In this document: piece after piece, positions 35,986 through 48,900 of the stretch
Numbering within the stretch: position 1 is the stretch's first letter
Layout: every line of letters starts with the position of its first letter
NCBI GenBank assembly: GCA_030390025.1
Contig: CM059431.1
Span: 96,970,001-97,034,000, forward strand
From: Squalus acanthias
Taxonomy: Eukaryota
Length of the DNA stretch: 64,000 bases
Direction: 5' to 3'
The notes under the pieces: generated by a model
What the model was told of the DNA's origin: nothing
The model's input: the letters and a program-made list of their open reading frames with translations, nothing else
Database searches by the model: none
Position numbers and translations under genes: made by a program

Positions 35986-36755
35986 ACGTGCTCACACCGC
36001 CCCCTCCCCCCGTGCTCAAACCGCCCCCTCCCCCTCCCCCGTGCTCACACCGCCCCCCCCCCGTGCTCACCCCCCCCCCGTGATCACACCCCCCCCCCGT
36101 GATCACCCCCCCCCGTGATCAACCCCCCCCCGTGATCACCCCCCCCCCCTGATCACCCCCGCCCCCGTGATCACACCCCCCCCCCCGTGATCACTCCCCC
36201 CGTGATCACCCCCCCCCCGCCGTGATCACCCCCCCGCCGTGATCACTCCCCCGTGATCACCCCCCCCCGTGATCACTCCCCCCCCGTGATCACTCCCCCC
36301 CGTGATCACCCCCCCCCCGTGATCACCCCCCCCCGTGATCACCCCCCCTCGTGATCACACACCCCCGTGATCACCCCCCCTCGTGATCACCCCCCCTGTG
36401 CTCACCCCCCCCCTGTGCTCACCCCCTGTGCGCTCACCCCCCCCGTGCTCTCACTCACCCCCCCTGTGCTCACACTCACCCCCCCGTGTGCTCACCCCCC
36501 CGTGCTCACCCCCCCGTGCTCACACTCACCCCCCACCGTGCTCACCCCGCCCCCCCCGTGCTCACACCGCCCCACTGTGCTCACACCCCTCCCCCCGTGC
36601 TCACCCCCCCCCGTGCTCACCCCCCCCGTGCTCACACCCCCCCCCCGTGCTCACCCCTCCCCCCCCCGTGCTCACCCCCCCCCCCGTGCTCATCCCCCCC
36701 CCCCCCGTGCTCACACCCCTCCCCGTGCTCACACCCCTCCCCGTGCTCACACCCT
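35986..36755. repeat. C-rich minisatellite
   Basis: GTG(A/C)TCAC cores separated by variable poly-C runs. Confidence 0.93.
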
Positions 36756-38311
36756 GTCTGATCCATTGTGGCCTGCTCATCCCTGTCCACCTGCCCAGTT
36801 CCTGAGAATTGAGCTCACCACAGTAATCTGAAGATACTGTTTATGGTCACAAGACAGGAGCTAAAATAAGTTGCTCCTCCCAGACAGTTCAGTTCCTGTT
36901 TATAAATACAAATATTGCAAATTTAGGAAAAGCATTCTTGAACCAAATCTAGTAAATCCAGCTTCATGTCACTGCAAACTCTTGCAATCTCCACTGCCAA
37001 AATTCAGTATTTCATAAACCATGGAAGTCCCTACCAGATTCTCCTGTGACCTGACGCATTCACCCCCATAGCACTCTCCAGCATTTTCCAGGATCTTGCC
37101 TTCTGTAACATATTAAACATGTTATTTCTGTATGCAGTTCCTGTTTATAAAGCCTTACTTCCTGTTGTCATATTATTGTCACAGTTTTGTGTCAGCCTTT
37201 CCCAATATAAATTCTTCTGTCCACATTTATAATGGAAGCTTCCTGTGTAAACTTGTCACCTTGCAATTACATCCTCCACCCAATGGTGGCGCTCAATTGA
37301 CTTAGTTCCTCAATTTGTAATTCAAAGATTCTCTGCTCCAACAAACTCTGCTTCCCAAATTGCTGCACATTTTGCGAAATATAAAATCAAAACATTATAT
37401 GAAACTAAGACAGAAAGCAGGACTTTAAAATGTGGACTGAATTACACCTGTATGCCCTGGTTCCATAATCTCCCGCTTCACCTGAGAACTACACTTGGTC
37501 TTGACTCCCTGTGTGGGTCACCACGGGAGATTGACTAGTGTTAGATTGAAACAAATTAAAAATCTGTATACTAGAGTCCCTCCGTCAATGAACCTACCCC
37601 ATTTGCCTTTGCCTGAAATCAGTATAGACTGAGTGCCAGAAGCTATTGTCTAGCAGTCCCTTTAACCTCGAGAAACAGTTAAATCAGCTGATTCCAAGTG
37701 TCCCATGATCTGTGAAGCACCAATGGCTGAGGGGATGGCTGCCTGGAGCTTGGGTAGTTTGAATTGGCTGATTTGACTGTCAATAAAGAAAAGTTCCAGC
37801 CGAACCGAGGCAAAGCCAATCACAGGTCCACACACCTGGGATGAGATTATTGCCGAGAGTTTTCCTCCCTGACTCTCTCAATCCTGGTGTTAGAGTACAT
37901 TTTCTACTAATAAAAATTTTGAGAAATTTGCAACGTGCCCCCAGTTCCATTTAACTGTGACGATTTTAAGATGGTCTTTGAGCCTGGTGTCAAGCTGCCC
38001 GTCAGAAGTCATCGTTCAGACCGCACATTCAGTAAAGCGGATTCCCATTTATAGCAAAGCTTCAAGTGTGGGTTGAATCCAAGGGATGAGGAAGTGGAGA
38101 TTTACAGTAGTTGGGTTGGACATCCTGTGTCTGGGGAAATTTGTGTTTAAATTGAAGTGACCCTTCTTATCAATTACTAAACCCACCTGAAGCCACCCTC
38201 AATGTTGGCAATGAGTTTACATTTTTAACGGCAACATCTGTAGGTGCAACTACACACAGGCACAGTTTTCTCCTGAGTGGGAGAGCAGCCGGTGCGGATT
38301 TGGCATGTAAA

Positions 38312-39050
38312 CAGGACACTGCCCAAACTATGGGACACTGCCCAGACACTGCCCACACTACAGGACACTGCCCGGACACTGCCCACACTACAGGACACTG
38401 CCTGGACACTGCCCACACTACAGGACACTGCCCGGACACTGCCCACAATATGGGACACTGCCCGAACACTGCCCACACTACAGGACACTGCCCGGACACT
38501 GCCCACAATATGGGACACTGCCCACACTACAGGACACTGCCCAGACACTGCCCACACTACAGGACACTGCCTGGACACTGCCCACACTACAAGACACTGC
38601 CCGGACACTGCCCACACTATGGGACACTGCCTGGACACTGCCCACACTACAGGACACTGCCTGGACACTGCCCACAATATGGGACACTGCCCGGACACTG
38701 CCCACACTACAGTACATTGCTCGGACACTGCCCACACTACAGGACACTGACAGGACACTGCCCACACTACAGGACACTGCCCACACTATGGGACACTGCC
38801 CGGACACTGCCCACACTACCGGACACTGCCCACACTACAGGACACTGCCCACACTACCGGACACTGCCCACACTACAGTACGCTGCTCGGACACTGCCCA
38901 CACTACAGGACACTGACCGGACACTGCCCACACTACCGGACACTGCCCACACTACCGGACACTGCCCACACTACAGGACACTGCCCACACTACCGGACAC
39001 TGCCCACACTACAGTACGCTGCTCGGACACTGCCCACACTACAGGACACC
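38312..39050. repeat. Compound minisatellite built from 11- and 19-bp subunits
   Basis: GGACACTGCCC and GGACACTGCCCACACTACA alternate, mostly as a 30-bp unit. Confidence 0.95.
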
Positions 39051-42000
39051 GCCCTGACACTCTCCGGACACACCCTATTACTGGACAATGCCCGGCCATT
39101 CCGTTTGCTACGCCCGGGACACAAAGCAAATACTTGGGGCCAAATTTACCGCCAAGCTGTTTGTTGTGGGATTCTGTACTTTCCCAGTTAAACACACAAA
39201 CTAGAAAGTTGCTATGAACCATTGGGAACGGTGACTAGTTCCACTCGACCTTGCATTATTTATAGTTTCAGCATGATTTTGCAGAGAAAACGTAAACAAA
39301 GATTTAAAACATCTGCAGTAAACATTTGCATAGATCCGATTATTCTAATGAAACCAGTTATGGTTAGATGTGTCGGGACAGAGTTATTATTTGTGCTATT
39401 ATTAGAATCCGCGGTCTGTGGAAGTGTGGAGAAGCCCAGCGGCCGTCTACGCTCCACCTGTTGCTGCCGCAGTTTGCAAAGTGTCGCGAGTTTGGGACAG
39501 TGACGGGAAAAGTTTGTTTCATTTATACTCCGCGGGCGGGAGAATTGGCAATTTAAGTAGGAGGAACATCCTGATTAGCAACAAATGCCATTGATCCGCA
39601 TTCCTGGAAACACACACAACACCACAGGCATTTCTGGGCTGTGTTTATCATTTTATAAAAATCTTTCTCATTAAGTTTGAGGAGATGAGGTTAGAGCAGA
39701 ACTTGTGCGGGTAAAACGCGGATAAAGTGACTCCCAGTCTGTCAGGAACGGTAACTGGTCGTTTTGAATTGCCCAGAACTCTCAAACAAGTCACATTACT
39801 GTTGGGAGATCCCATCGCGCGTTCAAAATCTTAAACTGAACAGAAATTATTTATCCTTTGCTCTGAGCCGCAAGCTCGTTTCATTTTTAGATAAGTGTTA
39901 AATATTCTTTAGCTAACACGAGTTTAACTGCTGGCATTTTGCAATCCCCTCCCCACCTTTTTCCATGTTTGCAGTGCCTGGTTTGAATCCTTGCATTAAT
40001 TAATGCCGAACATTTTAGTTATAATTGAACACGATCGATGCTCTTCTATCGGATTATACCGTCTAAAAGTGTTACAGGTCTCGCCAACCCCAGGGACAGC
40101 CCGTGTGTCCCTCTATGTCTCAGACACACACTGGCTCCCACTATAGCAACAACAGGGAGCATCTGTAGAAATGGCCAAAAGTAAATTAAACTCTCAGGGA
40201 AATTAAACCGAGCCTCGGCTAACTGTACCAGCCGGCCAGGACCAGCATTTACTGCGGGCTTTGAGTGAAGGCGACCGGCGGCTGGGATATCCGTGAGATT
40301 TAATAATTTAATTTCCGGCTCTTCAGTATTATCTCAAATAAATAAAATAGGAACAGAATATTTTAGCCGGAAACTAACGGGTTAAATCTAGGTTTCTATA
40401 TATTTTTGGGATATAAATTCCGTACTTGACCCAACATAAAGTAAATTACTGCAGTCCCATTTTAACATCTTACCGAAACCGCGATCTCCATATCGGATGC
40501 CAGCGGTTTAAGCAGGATTATATCATTAGTCGGTGTCACATTTGAAGCCGAAAGGGACTGCAGTACAGTGCGCTCCAAGTACTTTCCGTGTGCTCTCCAC
40601 TTTGCTTTAACATAACGGGAGAGAAATGCAGCGCTCAGTGCAAGTTTAATTCAGTCGCTTTATTTGGTGAAGTGCAGACACTCTGTGGATGGGATTGTCT
40701 GACAACTGTGGCATTTCTGCGGCGAAAGGCAGCAGATTTGGAGCGTGAGCCCTAAATCAATCCGCTGTTTTTCTGCAGCGCCGGAGGGTAAAGAATTTCT
40801 TTGAGTTTAAAATGCAATGTTTGGAGATGGAGGCGGAGGAGCGTGACCTCTGATCCCAGCCTCTAAACAATTCCCAGCCGCACCACAATCCTTTTCACTC
40901 ACAAAATAAAATCTTTTTACACCCGAATTTGAACTGTCTGCCAACACCGATCATTGTGTGGGCATTAAGGACCAATCCTCCCACTGGCTGACGAGCTATC
41001 GCCACTCCAAGCAATCTCCTTACAAACTCCACACTGATAGTTTCAGGGCAACAGACACGGTATTCTGGGCAATCACTCGAAACTTCCATCGGTTTCTATT
41101 CACTTTCCTTTGTCTAGTAGACATGATTTAGGACATAAACATGTTCACTCTCACAACTCTGCCTCGCCGTCAACACACACACGCAGAATTGGAATTATAT
41201 AACTATCAAACCCGTCTTTATAGTTTAATCGTAGCTTGCATTTCCCACCCACCCACATCGTATTAAAGATTATAGTTCAGGAGAAAAGTAGGCTGTAAAT
41301 AAATCATTTGAGGGTCACGCTTGACAGAGAAAATGCCGTAACAAAAATGCAATAATCGAATTTTACTGAATGTCTCTGTGCCCATCCCACACTCTGTGAC
41401 CACACCGACTGCAACATCCCTCAATAAACACTTTGCATTATATCTCCAGGGGGCACGTTTAATGTCTCTTATCTGCGCGCTCTGCGTTCGCAATATTTGA
41501 AAATATTTATTAAAATTCGTTGTTGTAATAATAACAAATCCAAAAGGTAAACAATAAACTTTTATATCTTTTTAAAGTTAGTAAATTAGACTAAATACAT
41601 TGCGAGAAAAGGGGAGAAAACAATACAAATTATGTTTGACCGGACCTAGTAGTTTAGAGAAATAATCTCAACATATTCTATAACCTGAGAAAGTCCATAT
41701 ACAACGGAATAGCGGGCAAGAGCCACATCTCCCAGGCCTAGGTATCGGTACTAAAACTATATTTAATGTGAATCCTATATTTAGTTAACTCCTCCAAAGT
41801 AGATGCATTTAATCTGTGAAGGAAAATGTCATTGACAATCACAGAGGTTTTTGAGAGACAGGCACAGTGCAGGCACCAATTAACACGCACCCACCAGCCC
41901 CAATCCACGGCATCTGGTGTCGTCTCAGGCTCTGCGATGTGCTGTTTATTTTTAAAGAGTATATTTTTAACAATGAGCCTCCAAACACGCTTTATTTGCC

Positions 42001-43638
42001 CACTTGTTTCATGATTATCAGTCGTTAAAAAAATCTGAAGCTTAGAGTTGCGAATAGTAAAGGGTCCGCCTCGGTGCCACGGATTCAGGTTACTCGAACA
42101 AGCCGCGGGGTTGAGCTGCAAGTGTCGCCGTTTCCGTTGTTGTGAATTCGCTGGTTGAGCGTGAATTGCCCAGAATTACACCGTGAACCACACAAGTGCA
42201 AGTGTCTCTTTTACTGAAAGAGAGAGTGTGTGGGACAGCGGCGGGACTCGGAAACAGGTCACGGCTGAGCTTAAAGTTAACAAAATCCTTTTTAATATCT
42301 GTTAGTTTATAGTTTGTAAAATACTTTAAGCATCGCTAAAGGATGTGTGGCTTAATGGAAAGCTGCAGCGAGCATGTGTTTAAACTGTGCGACTGAATCA
42401 TATCAATAATTTACTCTGAGCAACATTTGGTAGACAGCATCAGACCTGCGCCACTTAGAGTTGAAGATATTTACCTCGAACTTTGTCTCATTTAATTCAG
42501 AAATAGGGTGAACCAATATTATACTCAAATCTCACCGTCTATTTCCTGGTTTTCTGTAGAAAGTTTAAAAAAATCGTGGCGTATTATTAGTGTTTGATAC
42601 ACTGATAGTACAATATTTAAATTTACATTCTCACGGCAAGATTAATGAAACGTTACATTATATTCAAACCACGTGTATTTGGGCTGAGTTGTGTTGGTCA
42701 ATATTCAGAGTGGTGAATTATTAAAAGTCTCTCATGGGTTTTTGTTGCATCAGGTTCCAGTCGGGGAATTCTGAAAAGGCACAAAACAGGCCGACACGAG
42801 CAATAACATCACCGGCGCCTTGTTTTTATAAGAAAGTAAAATCCTGATCACTTATTCAGACCGCATGATCTCGGCAGACTTTGAAGTTCTTTATTATCCC
42901 AGTCAACGTGAAATTTACTGAAGTCCTGAGTAAAATATTTGTACATTTACATCCCCCTCCCCTTCGGGGGACCCCGGTTACTCGGCCGGCCAAAACCACC
43001 TTATCATAACGGCGGGTGGTTCCTGTGAAAGGGAAGAAACATTTTGTGTGTGGTCACGGAGTCCAAATAATTCTTTGCCTTCCTGTATTTGAGGGAGAAA
43101 AGATCCACGAGAGAACAGGGCGCATTTGATTTAGAAACCGAACGAGCTCCAACATTTAAATATTTAAACTGTGATCATTTAAAATAAAAAAAAGTATAAA
43201 CAAACGAGTGGTTCTTGTTAGAAATAAAAAATAGCGAATAGGCTGATGTGGGAGAGAGATCTCTGCCGGTTACCGAGGCTGCCGTGTGTTTTATCCACAG
43301 TTAGAGTCACTGTGTTAAATTCCATAGATGGAGGTGATGTGCTATCCAAGCGTGACGGTTCGGATTTATACAACCCCTTTAGTGATTCAAACTATTTCCA
43401 GATCAGCTCTGTCATTTCAATTCTAATCATTCACGGGATTAGGACTCTCTGTGCAAACTTTCTCAGCCCAGGGGAACTGGTATTGTTAGCTATTGTCGGG
43501 GGAATTAAATCAAGATCGCACACTACAACCGGCTTCCAAAAGCTGCCTTTATGCGTAAAGAATATTGTTCAGAAGCTCATTTTAAAAGTGAATCAGGAAA
43601 AGTAGAAATACAAATTATATACAACGTTTTTTGTAAAA

Positions 43639-43644
43639 TTTATT
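43639..43644 (-). terminator. Candidate polyadenylation signal of the Sox gene
   Basis: AATAAA on the minus strand about 580 nt past the stop codon, after an AT-rich 3' region and followed by T-rich sequence. Confidence 0.4.
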
Positions 43645-44224
43645 ATTTTAACGGATTTGTTTTGAGCAACGCAAACGTCGGTCTGTGCAGAAAAGTTTTA
43701 GTAAACTATTTACATCGGCTGGCGGAATCCGCGTGAAATTTAGGAATAAAAATTATTTCCATGATTTACAGAAAATATTACAATGCAAAAAAGGAAATAG
43801 TTTCAATACAGAAACTCACATGGGTCACAAACCTGCAACTAAAGGCAATTCAAACGTCTTATCAATTAAGTTGAAAGACTGTCTCCTGCCTTTTCCAAAA
43901 CGCAAAGATTTCCCGTGTTGTGGGGGAAATTCCACGTTATTCCATGGGGAGCAATACCGGAGTGTGTGTAAACAGCGAGAGTGCGCAGTCTGGGCAAATT
44001 CCAACAGTTGACATTTAATACAGCCATTAATCTTCTCAATTGCCTGATGATAAATACTGTACAAAAACTTGGTAATAAAACATTTAAATTCTTTTTAAAA
44101 CGTATGTGCACTAGTTTCAGAACCAGTAACTTCTCAGAGTTCCCACAAAGAACGACTTTACCTCTTTTTTTTACAAGAACATCAAAAAAAAAGCATTTGA
44201 GTCCAAATCCCCGAGTGCCGAAGT

Positions 44225-45229
44225 TCACATGTGAGTGAGTGGGATTGTCCCGTTGACCGGCGTGGCGGGACTCTGATAGTGCTGAGCCAGGGGCAGCAGT
44301 CTGTTCGGCGACGGCTCGCCTCCTTCTCCTCCTGCCGGTAAATACATGCTGATCATCTCCCGCAGGTCCCCGGAGCAGGGGGCCCGAGAGTGCGAGCTGA
44401 CCGGAGGGCTGGGAGACGGCTCCGATTTGACCATGGATCCCAGCGAGAGGCCGGCGGGGGCCTGGTGGCTGTAGCCCGAGGAGATGGTGCCATAGGAGGG
44501 GGAGCCGCTCATGTATCCCTGCGTGCCGGGGATGGGGCTGTACTGGAGGGACATGTCGTAGCGGTGCAGCTGCTGCGGGTGGTGGTGGTGGTGATGGGCA
44601 GCTCCGCCGCCGGCGCCCCCGCCGCCCCCTCCTCCTCCTGCTCCGGCCGCCGCCAGCGCCGGGTGCTGGCTGTAAGCCAGTTGCTCCTGCATCATGACCG
44701 CGGCCGCCGCCGCCGCCGAGCCCGGATAAGCGCCGTTCGCCCAGCCGTTCATGTGAGCGTAAGCGCCGGCCGCGCCCGCCCCGTCCAGCCGCTGGTTTAA
44801 CCCGACCGGCGAGCCGAGCGCCCCGGGGCCCGGAGGCAGCAAGCTGGCGGGCAGCGAGTACTTGTCCTTCTTGAGCAAGGTTTTGGTCTTGCGGCGGGGC
44901 CGGTACTTGTAATCCGGGTGCTCCTTCATGTGCAGCGCCCGGAGTCTCTTGGCCTCGTCGATGAAGGGCCGTTTCTCGGCCTCGGACATGAGCTTCCACT
45001 CGGCTCCCAGCCGCTTGCTGATCTCCGAGTTGTGCATCTTGGGGTTCTCCTGGGCCATCTTCCGGCGCTGCCCCCGGGACCAGACCATGAAGGCGTTCAT
45101 GGGCCGCTTGACCCGCTCGCCGCTCAGCTTGCCGTTCGTGCCCGGGGTGGGCACGGTGGTCCCAGCGGCCGGGGCATTGATCTGGTGCCCCGGGGATTGC
45201 AGCTCGCTCTCCATCATCAGGCTGTACAT
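44225..45229 (-). CDS. sox1: SoxB1 HMG-box transcription factor, Sox1-like, single exon, 334 aa
   Basis: HMG box [41 protein letters not shown] and group-B motif [17 protein letters not shown]. Sox1-type segments MYS.MME...[33 protein letters not shown], a His run, [37 protein letters not shown] and NGT.PLTH. Confidence 0.9.
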   Translation of the reverse strand: MYSLMMESELQSPGHQINAPAAGTTVPTPGTNGKLSGERVKRPMNAFMVWSRGQRRKMAQENPKMHNSEISKRLGAEWKLMSEAEKRPFIDEAKRLRALHMKEHPDYKYRPRRKTKTLLKKDKYSLPASLLPPGPGALGSPVGLNQRLDGAGAAGAYAHMNGWANGAYPGSAAAAAAVMMQEQLAYSQHPALAAAGAGGGGGGGGAGGGAAHHHHHHPQQLHRYDMSLQYSPIPGTQGYMSGSPSYGTISSGYSHQAPAGLSLGSMVKSEPSPSPPVSSHSRAPCSGDLREMISMYLPAGGEGGEPSPNRLLPLAQHYQSPATPVNGTIPLTHM

Positions 45230-45354
45230 TCAAGCGGCGCCCGGGTCCGGGTCCCCGTCCTTGGCAAACTCCAACTCCAACACAACCCTCGTCTCCTGTT
45301 TTACGCTAAAATCGGACAAAGTTAGCGGGCTTGAGCCGGTGTAGAATTCCTCGG

Positions 45355-45712
45355 GCTGGAACCGGTGCAGAGTCCCGATTTGGAGCCGGTTATTGAAACA
45401 GGTGCAGAGTTGCTCGGGTCGGAACCGGTTGTTGCTCGGTTTGGAACCGGTGCAGAGTTGCTCGGGTCGGAACCGGTTGTTGCTCGGTTTGGAACCGGTG
45501 CAGAGTTGCTCGGGTCGGAACCGGTTGTTGCTCGGTTTGGAACCGGTGCAGAGTTGCTCGGGTCGGAACCGGTTGTTGCTCGGTTTGGAACCGGTGCAGA
45601 GTTGCTCGGGTTGGAACCGGTTGTTGCTCGGGTTGGATCCAGTTGTTGCTCACTTTGGATCCGGTTGTTGCTCGGTTTGGAACCGGTGCAGAGTTGCTCG
45701 GGTTGGAGCCGG
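45355..45712. repeat. 48-bp tandem repeat just upstream of the Sox1 start codon
   Basis: Unit GGAACCGGTGCAGAGTTGCTCGGGTCGGAACCGGTTGTTGCTCGGTTT; about 5 near-identical copies plus degenerate flanks. Confidence 0.95.
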
Positions 45713-45784
45713 CCGGCCGTGCCCAGAGTTATTTGCTTATGGTTTCCATGTGGGGAGAAGGTAAGGGAGAGAAAGGGCCCCGGG

Positions 45785-45920
45785 GATGCAGATTGACAGA
45801 CATTAAATGAGTTTACAGGAGCCAATGGGCTGGCGCTCTGGGTAAGGTTCACTTGAATGGTTGTGACGTGGGGGAGGGGGGAGAACTGCATTAATTAGGC
45901 AAATGAGAGGGCGTGGCCGA
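45785..45920 (-). promoter_or_regulatory. Putative Sox1 proximal promoter
   Basis: Clustered GC/KLF box (GGGCGTGGCC), TAATTA, CRE-like TGACGT, CCAAT box (45822-45826) and AT-rich CATTTAAT, about 560-690 bp upstream of the ATG. Confidence 0.55.
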
Positions 45921-48900
45921 ATGCCCAGAGCTCTTCGAAAGGCAGAGGGGGGCAGTGGAGGCTTTCGGTGCCAATTCCGTGCTCCCCAGCCTTACAACCC
46001 GTCAGCATCTTGAGGATAAGCTTTGTGACGGATCCCAGCCCCGGTCCCCTCGGCGCGGCGGCCGAAGCCGCCACTGAGAGCCAGGACCCGGTGGGCAAAA
46101 GGGGATGTCCGAATGGTGCTCGGGGCCTCCCTCCAAGGATTGACCCGCGCCTTTTAATGGCATTTGGTCAATAATGATGCTGAATTTTAGAATCACAAGT
46201 CAAGCTCAGCACTGAGTGAAACAAGCAGCAATTCTCTCCTTTAGGGACTCGTAGACGGTGCTCTTTCCAAGTTAGCGATCCCTTTATCCAATGCACCGCG
46301 TTTTTGCAACAAGGCCAGTATTAGATCTGCATGGTGCCACTTTGCTGAGGCCCAGTGAGGAGCTCCAGGGACCCTGGATGCCCCCCGCAGGAGTCCGCGC
46401 GCCTTCAACAGGTCTGGTTGCCAGGCGGCCGTTTGACTGACAGCTGGGACACGTGGCTCTCGGCCTCCCGGGCTTGGGTCCCCGGGAGCTGCCTGTCAAT
46501 CACCGGGAGGCCGGGAGGCCACTCACCCATCCATCTGCTCCTGGACTCCGAGACCAGCACCGGAGAACCGAGCAAAAACAATCCACAGCAAATGGCTCGA
46601 TTCCGCACCACAGAATCCCCTGCAAACCTGGCCCCAATCAGCCCAACCTATTAATGCAACCAATTAACGAAATTATTATATGTAATGTTACATATCACCA
46701 TGTACAAAACTTATCTAAAGTACAAATCGTTTTAAAAAAACTGAAAATAGTAATGATGATGTAATAACTAATTACTAGAACTGGTCCCTGTGTGTTTGTG
46801 ATTCTGTGTTAATGAAATGAACTAAGCACATCGCGTTCGTTGGTAGGTAGCCGGGAGGCCTTTAAAATATAGCTTTCGGGGGTTGTAATTCCAACGGGAA
46901 AACCAAACGGATTTTCCGTTAAATGTGCCTTAATATTGTCTTTGAACTTTGGAATTAAACAAAACATGCGTTTTTTGGTGTAAAAAAGGCAAATTGGGAA
47001 AAGCTGGTTTGCTCACGACAAGCGATCGTTGCCAATGAATGGTTTATGCTGTTGTTAGACAGAAATCGGGACTTTATTATGGCAGCTTGTGGATAGAGGT
47101 CAGAGGGGCACTAATGATGTGGCGAGGGGTCGGTGCGTTGGGTATCGGTGAACTTGCTGAGTCCCACAGTAACGAACAATAAATGGAAGCAGGGATGGAA
47201 AGGGAAGGAAGGGTTTTCTTTGTCCCTCCCGAATAGTCAAAGCTGAACCTATCTGGATAAACTTAGAACGGTGCAATAAAAAGGGAAATATTTTAAACAT
47301 CGCCATGCTGGACAGTTTATAAGGAAGATATTGTGGGTGGTGTAGGGAACGAGCGGGAGCAGGAACCCCTGCTGCTTCCTGTTGTGTCGGTAATTGGGTC
47401 CTTTAGTGTCCAGTAATGGTCTTTAAACAAATTAAGGCCTTTGCAGAAGTTTTTCAACTTTGAGCGCCTGTGAGGAATTATCATTGGAACAGAGAGATTC
47501 ATTTACTGACTGCACAATGCGGCCTGGTACCACTCGGCCCCACAGAAACAGGTTAAAATGAACTGCCAGCACTTACGGGAAATCCAATTAGATACCAGAA
47601 TCATATCTAGGCGGTAGCAATTTGCTTGCACTAGGAGGCGGGTTATTAAAGAGAAGATAAATAATTCGATAAGGGAGATTCGAATGGAAGTGTCTTTTGT
47701 GAAATTCTGTGTTGGAGAGCAGATGTCCATCGCCGTCTGCTGGCGGTAGACACCGGGTGTAGCTTTTTTATTGCTGAGAGAAAGCGCCAATAAACGGAGC
47801 TCGGTTCTAATGAGCTACCTTTATACTTTACCCAGTTTAAGCTGGGAACCGGGACCATTCTCTCTCTACATCAGTGCCAATCGGGGCGGCAACGAACGAT
47901 CCCAACATTTTAAGAGAAACCAATTCGTACAAGACAATATTCTGGGAATGAAACACCGTTATCGTGACATCAGAAACACAACCCACAATGGCGAATGCTG
48001 TATGTAAAGACACTTTACCAAGGGGGGAAATTAAAGCGAATATTGATACTTCTTTTGAACACAAGCTTGACACAGAGTCACAAATATTTTTAATTGTTTA
48101 AATGATCGCTTATTCTATTCTACAACAATAGCCTATGAGGACACCTACAACTTTTTGCTTGCTTTTAAGTAAAGGTTCGACAAATTAAATAGCCCCGGTA
48201 ATAGGACATTTAGGTATTCTGAAGACTAAATCAATTAATTCGGATTCCTAGTCAAAGCCAGCCTCGGAAAGAAGAGATGGCGCCGTAAGCAATACTCACG
48301 CATATCATTCAAATTTCACAGATGACCGACCCTGAAAACCTCAATCAGCTTCTAATTGAGGGGAAACAAAATATTGCTTCCTACACTAGGACTAACGATT
48401 TAATCATTATATGATACATTATAGCTTTTAATTAGGCTAATGCTGATACTGTATGGGAAAAGATAATTCAATACAGTTCTTGATGAATTATATAATTGGG
48501 TTAACAACCGAGCAGTGGGAACACGTCAATATTCAAGCTGCGTAACCACTAGATTCAATAAAAGGAAAGAGGTTACTCATACAGCACAAAGCAAGAGAAA
48601 AACTACACACACAAATCGTCCAGGAATATATACAGTAATATACACAGCTTGCCGAGGCACACTTGGCAATGCATTCGACCCAGACCCAGACCCGCCAGTA
48701 TGTTTATAAATATGTGGATAATATAGTTTAGCTTTCAGCTTGTACAGAGCTTGGCTCGGCAATGCAAATGCTGAAAACTAGTATATTTACCTCCTTTAGT
48801 TTTTATGTTTAGTCATTGCACGAAGAGAAGGCAACAGGGTAATTTTTCAACCACACAGACCCTCACTGGACCGAACGCTATTTTTAATTTTTTAATTTTT

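Noticed and set aside
38170..39217. Cys/His-rich repetitive ORFs resembling metal-binding proteins
   Set aside because: Several frames on both strands are open because of the minisatellite; there is no evidence of gene structure. The same applies to 29255-29922, 36367-36831 and 54736-55809.
43866..45233. 455-aa alternative-frame ORF overlapping Sox1
   Set aside because: Starts at TTG, has no recognisable domain, and long stop-free alternative frames are expected in very GC-rich coding DNA.
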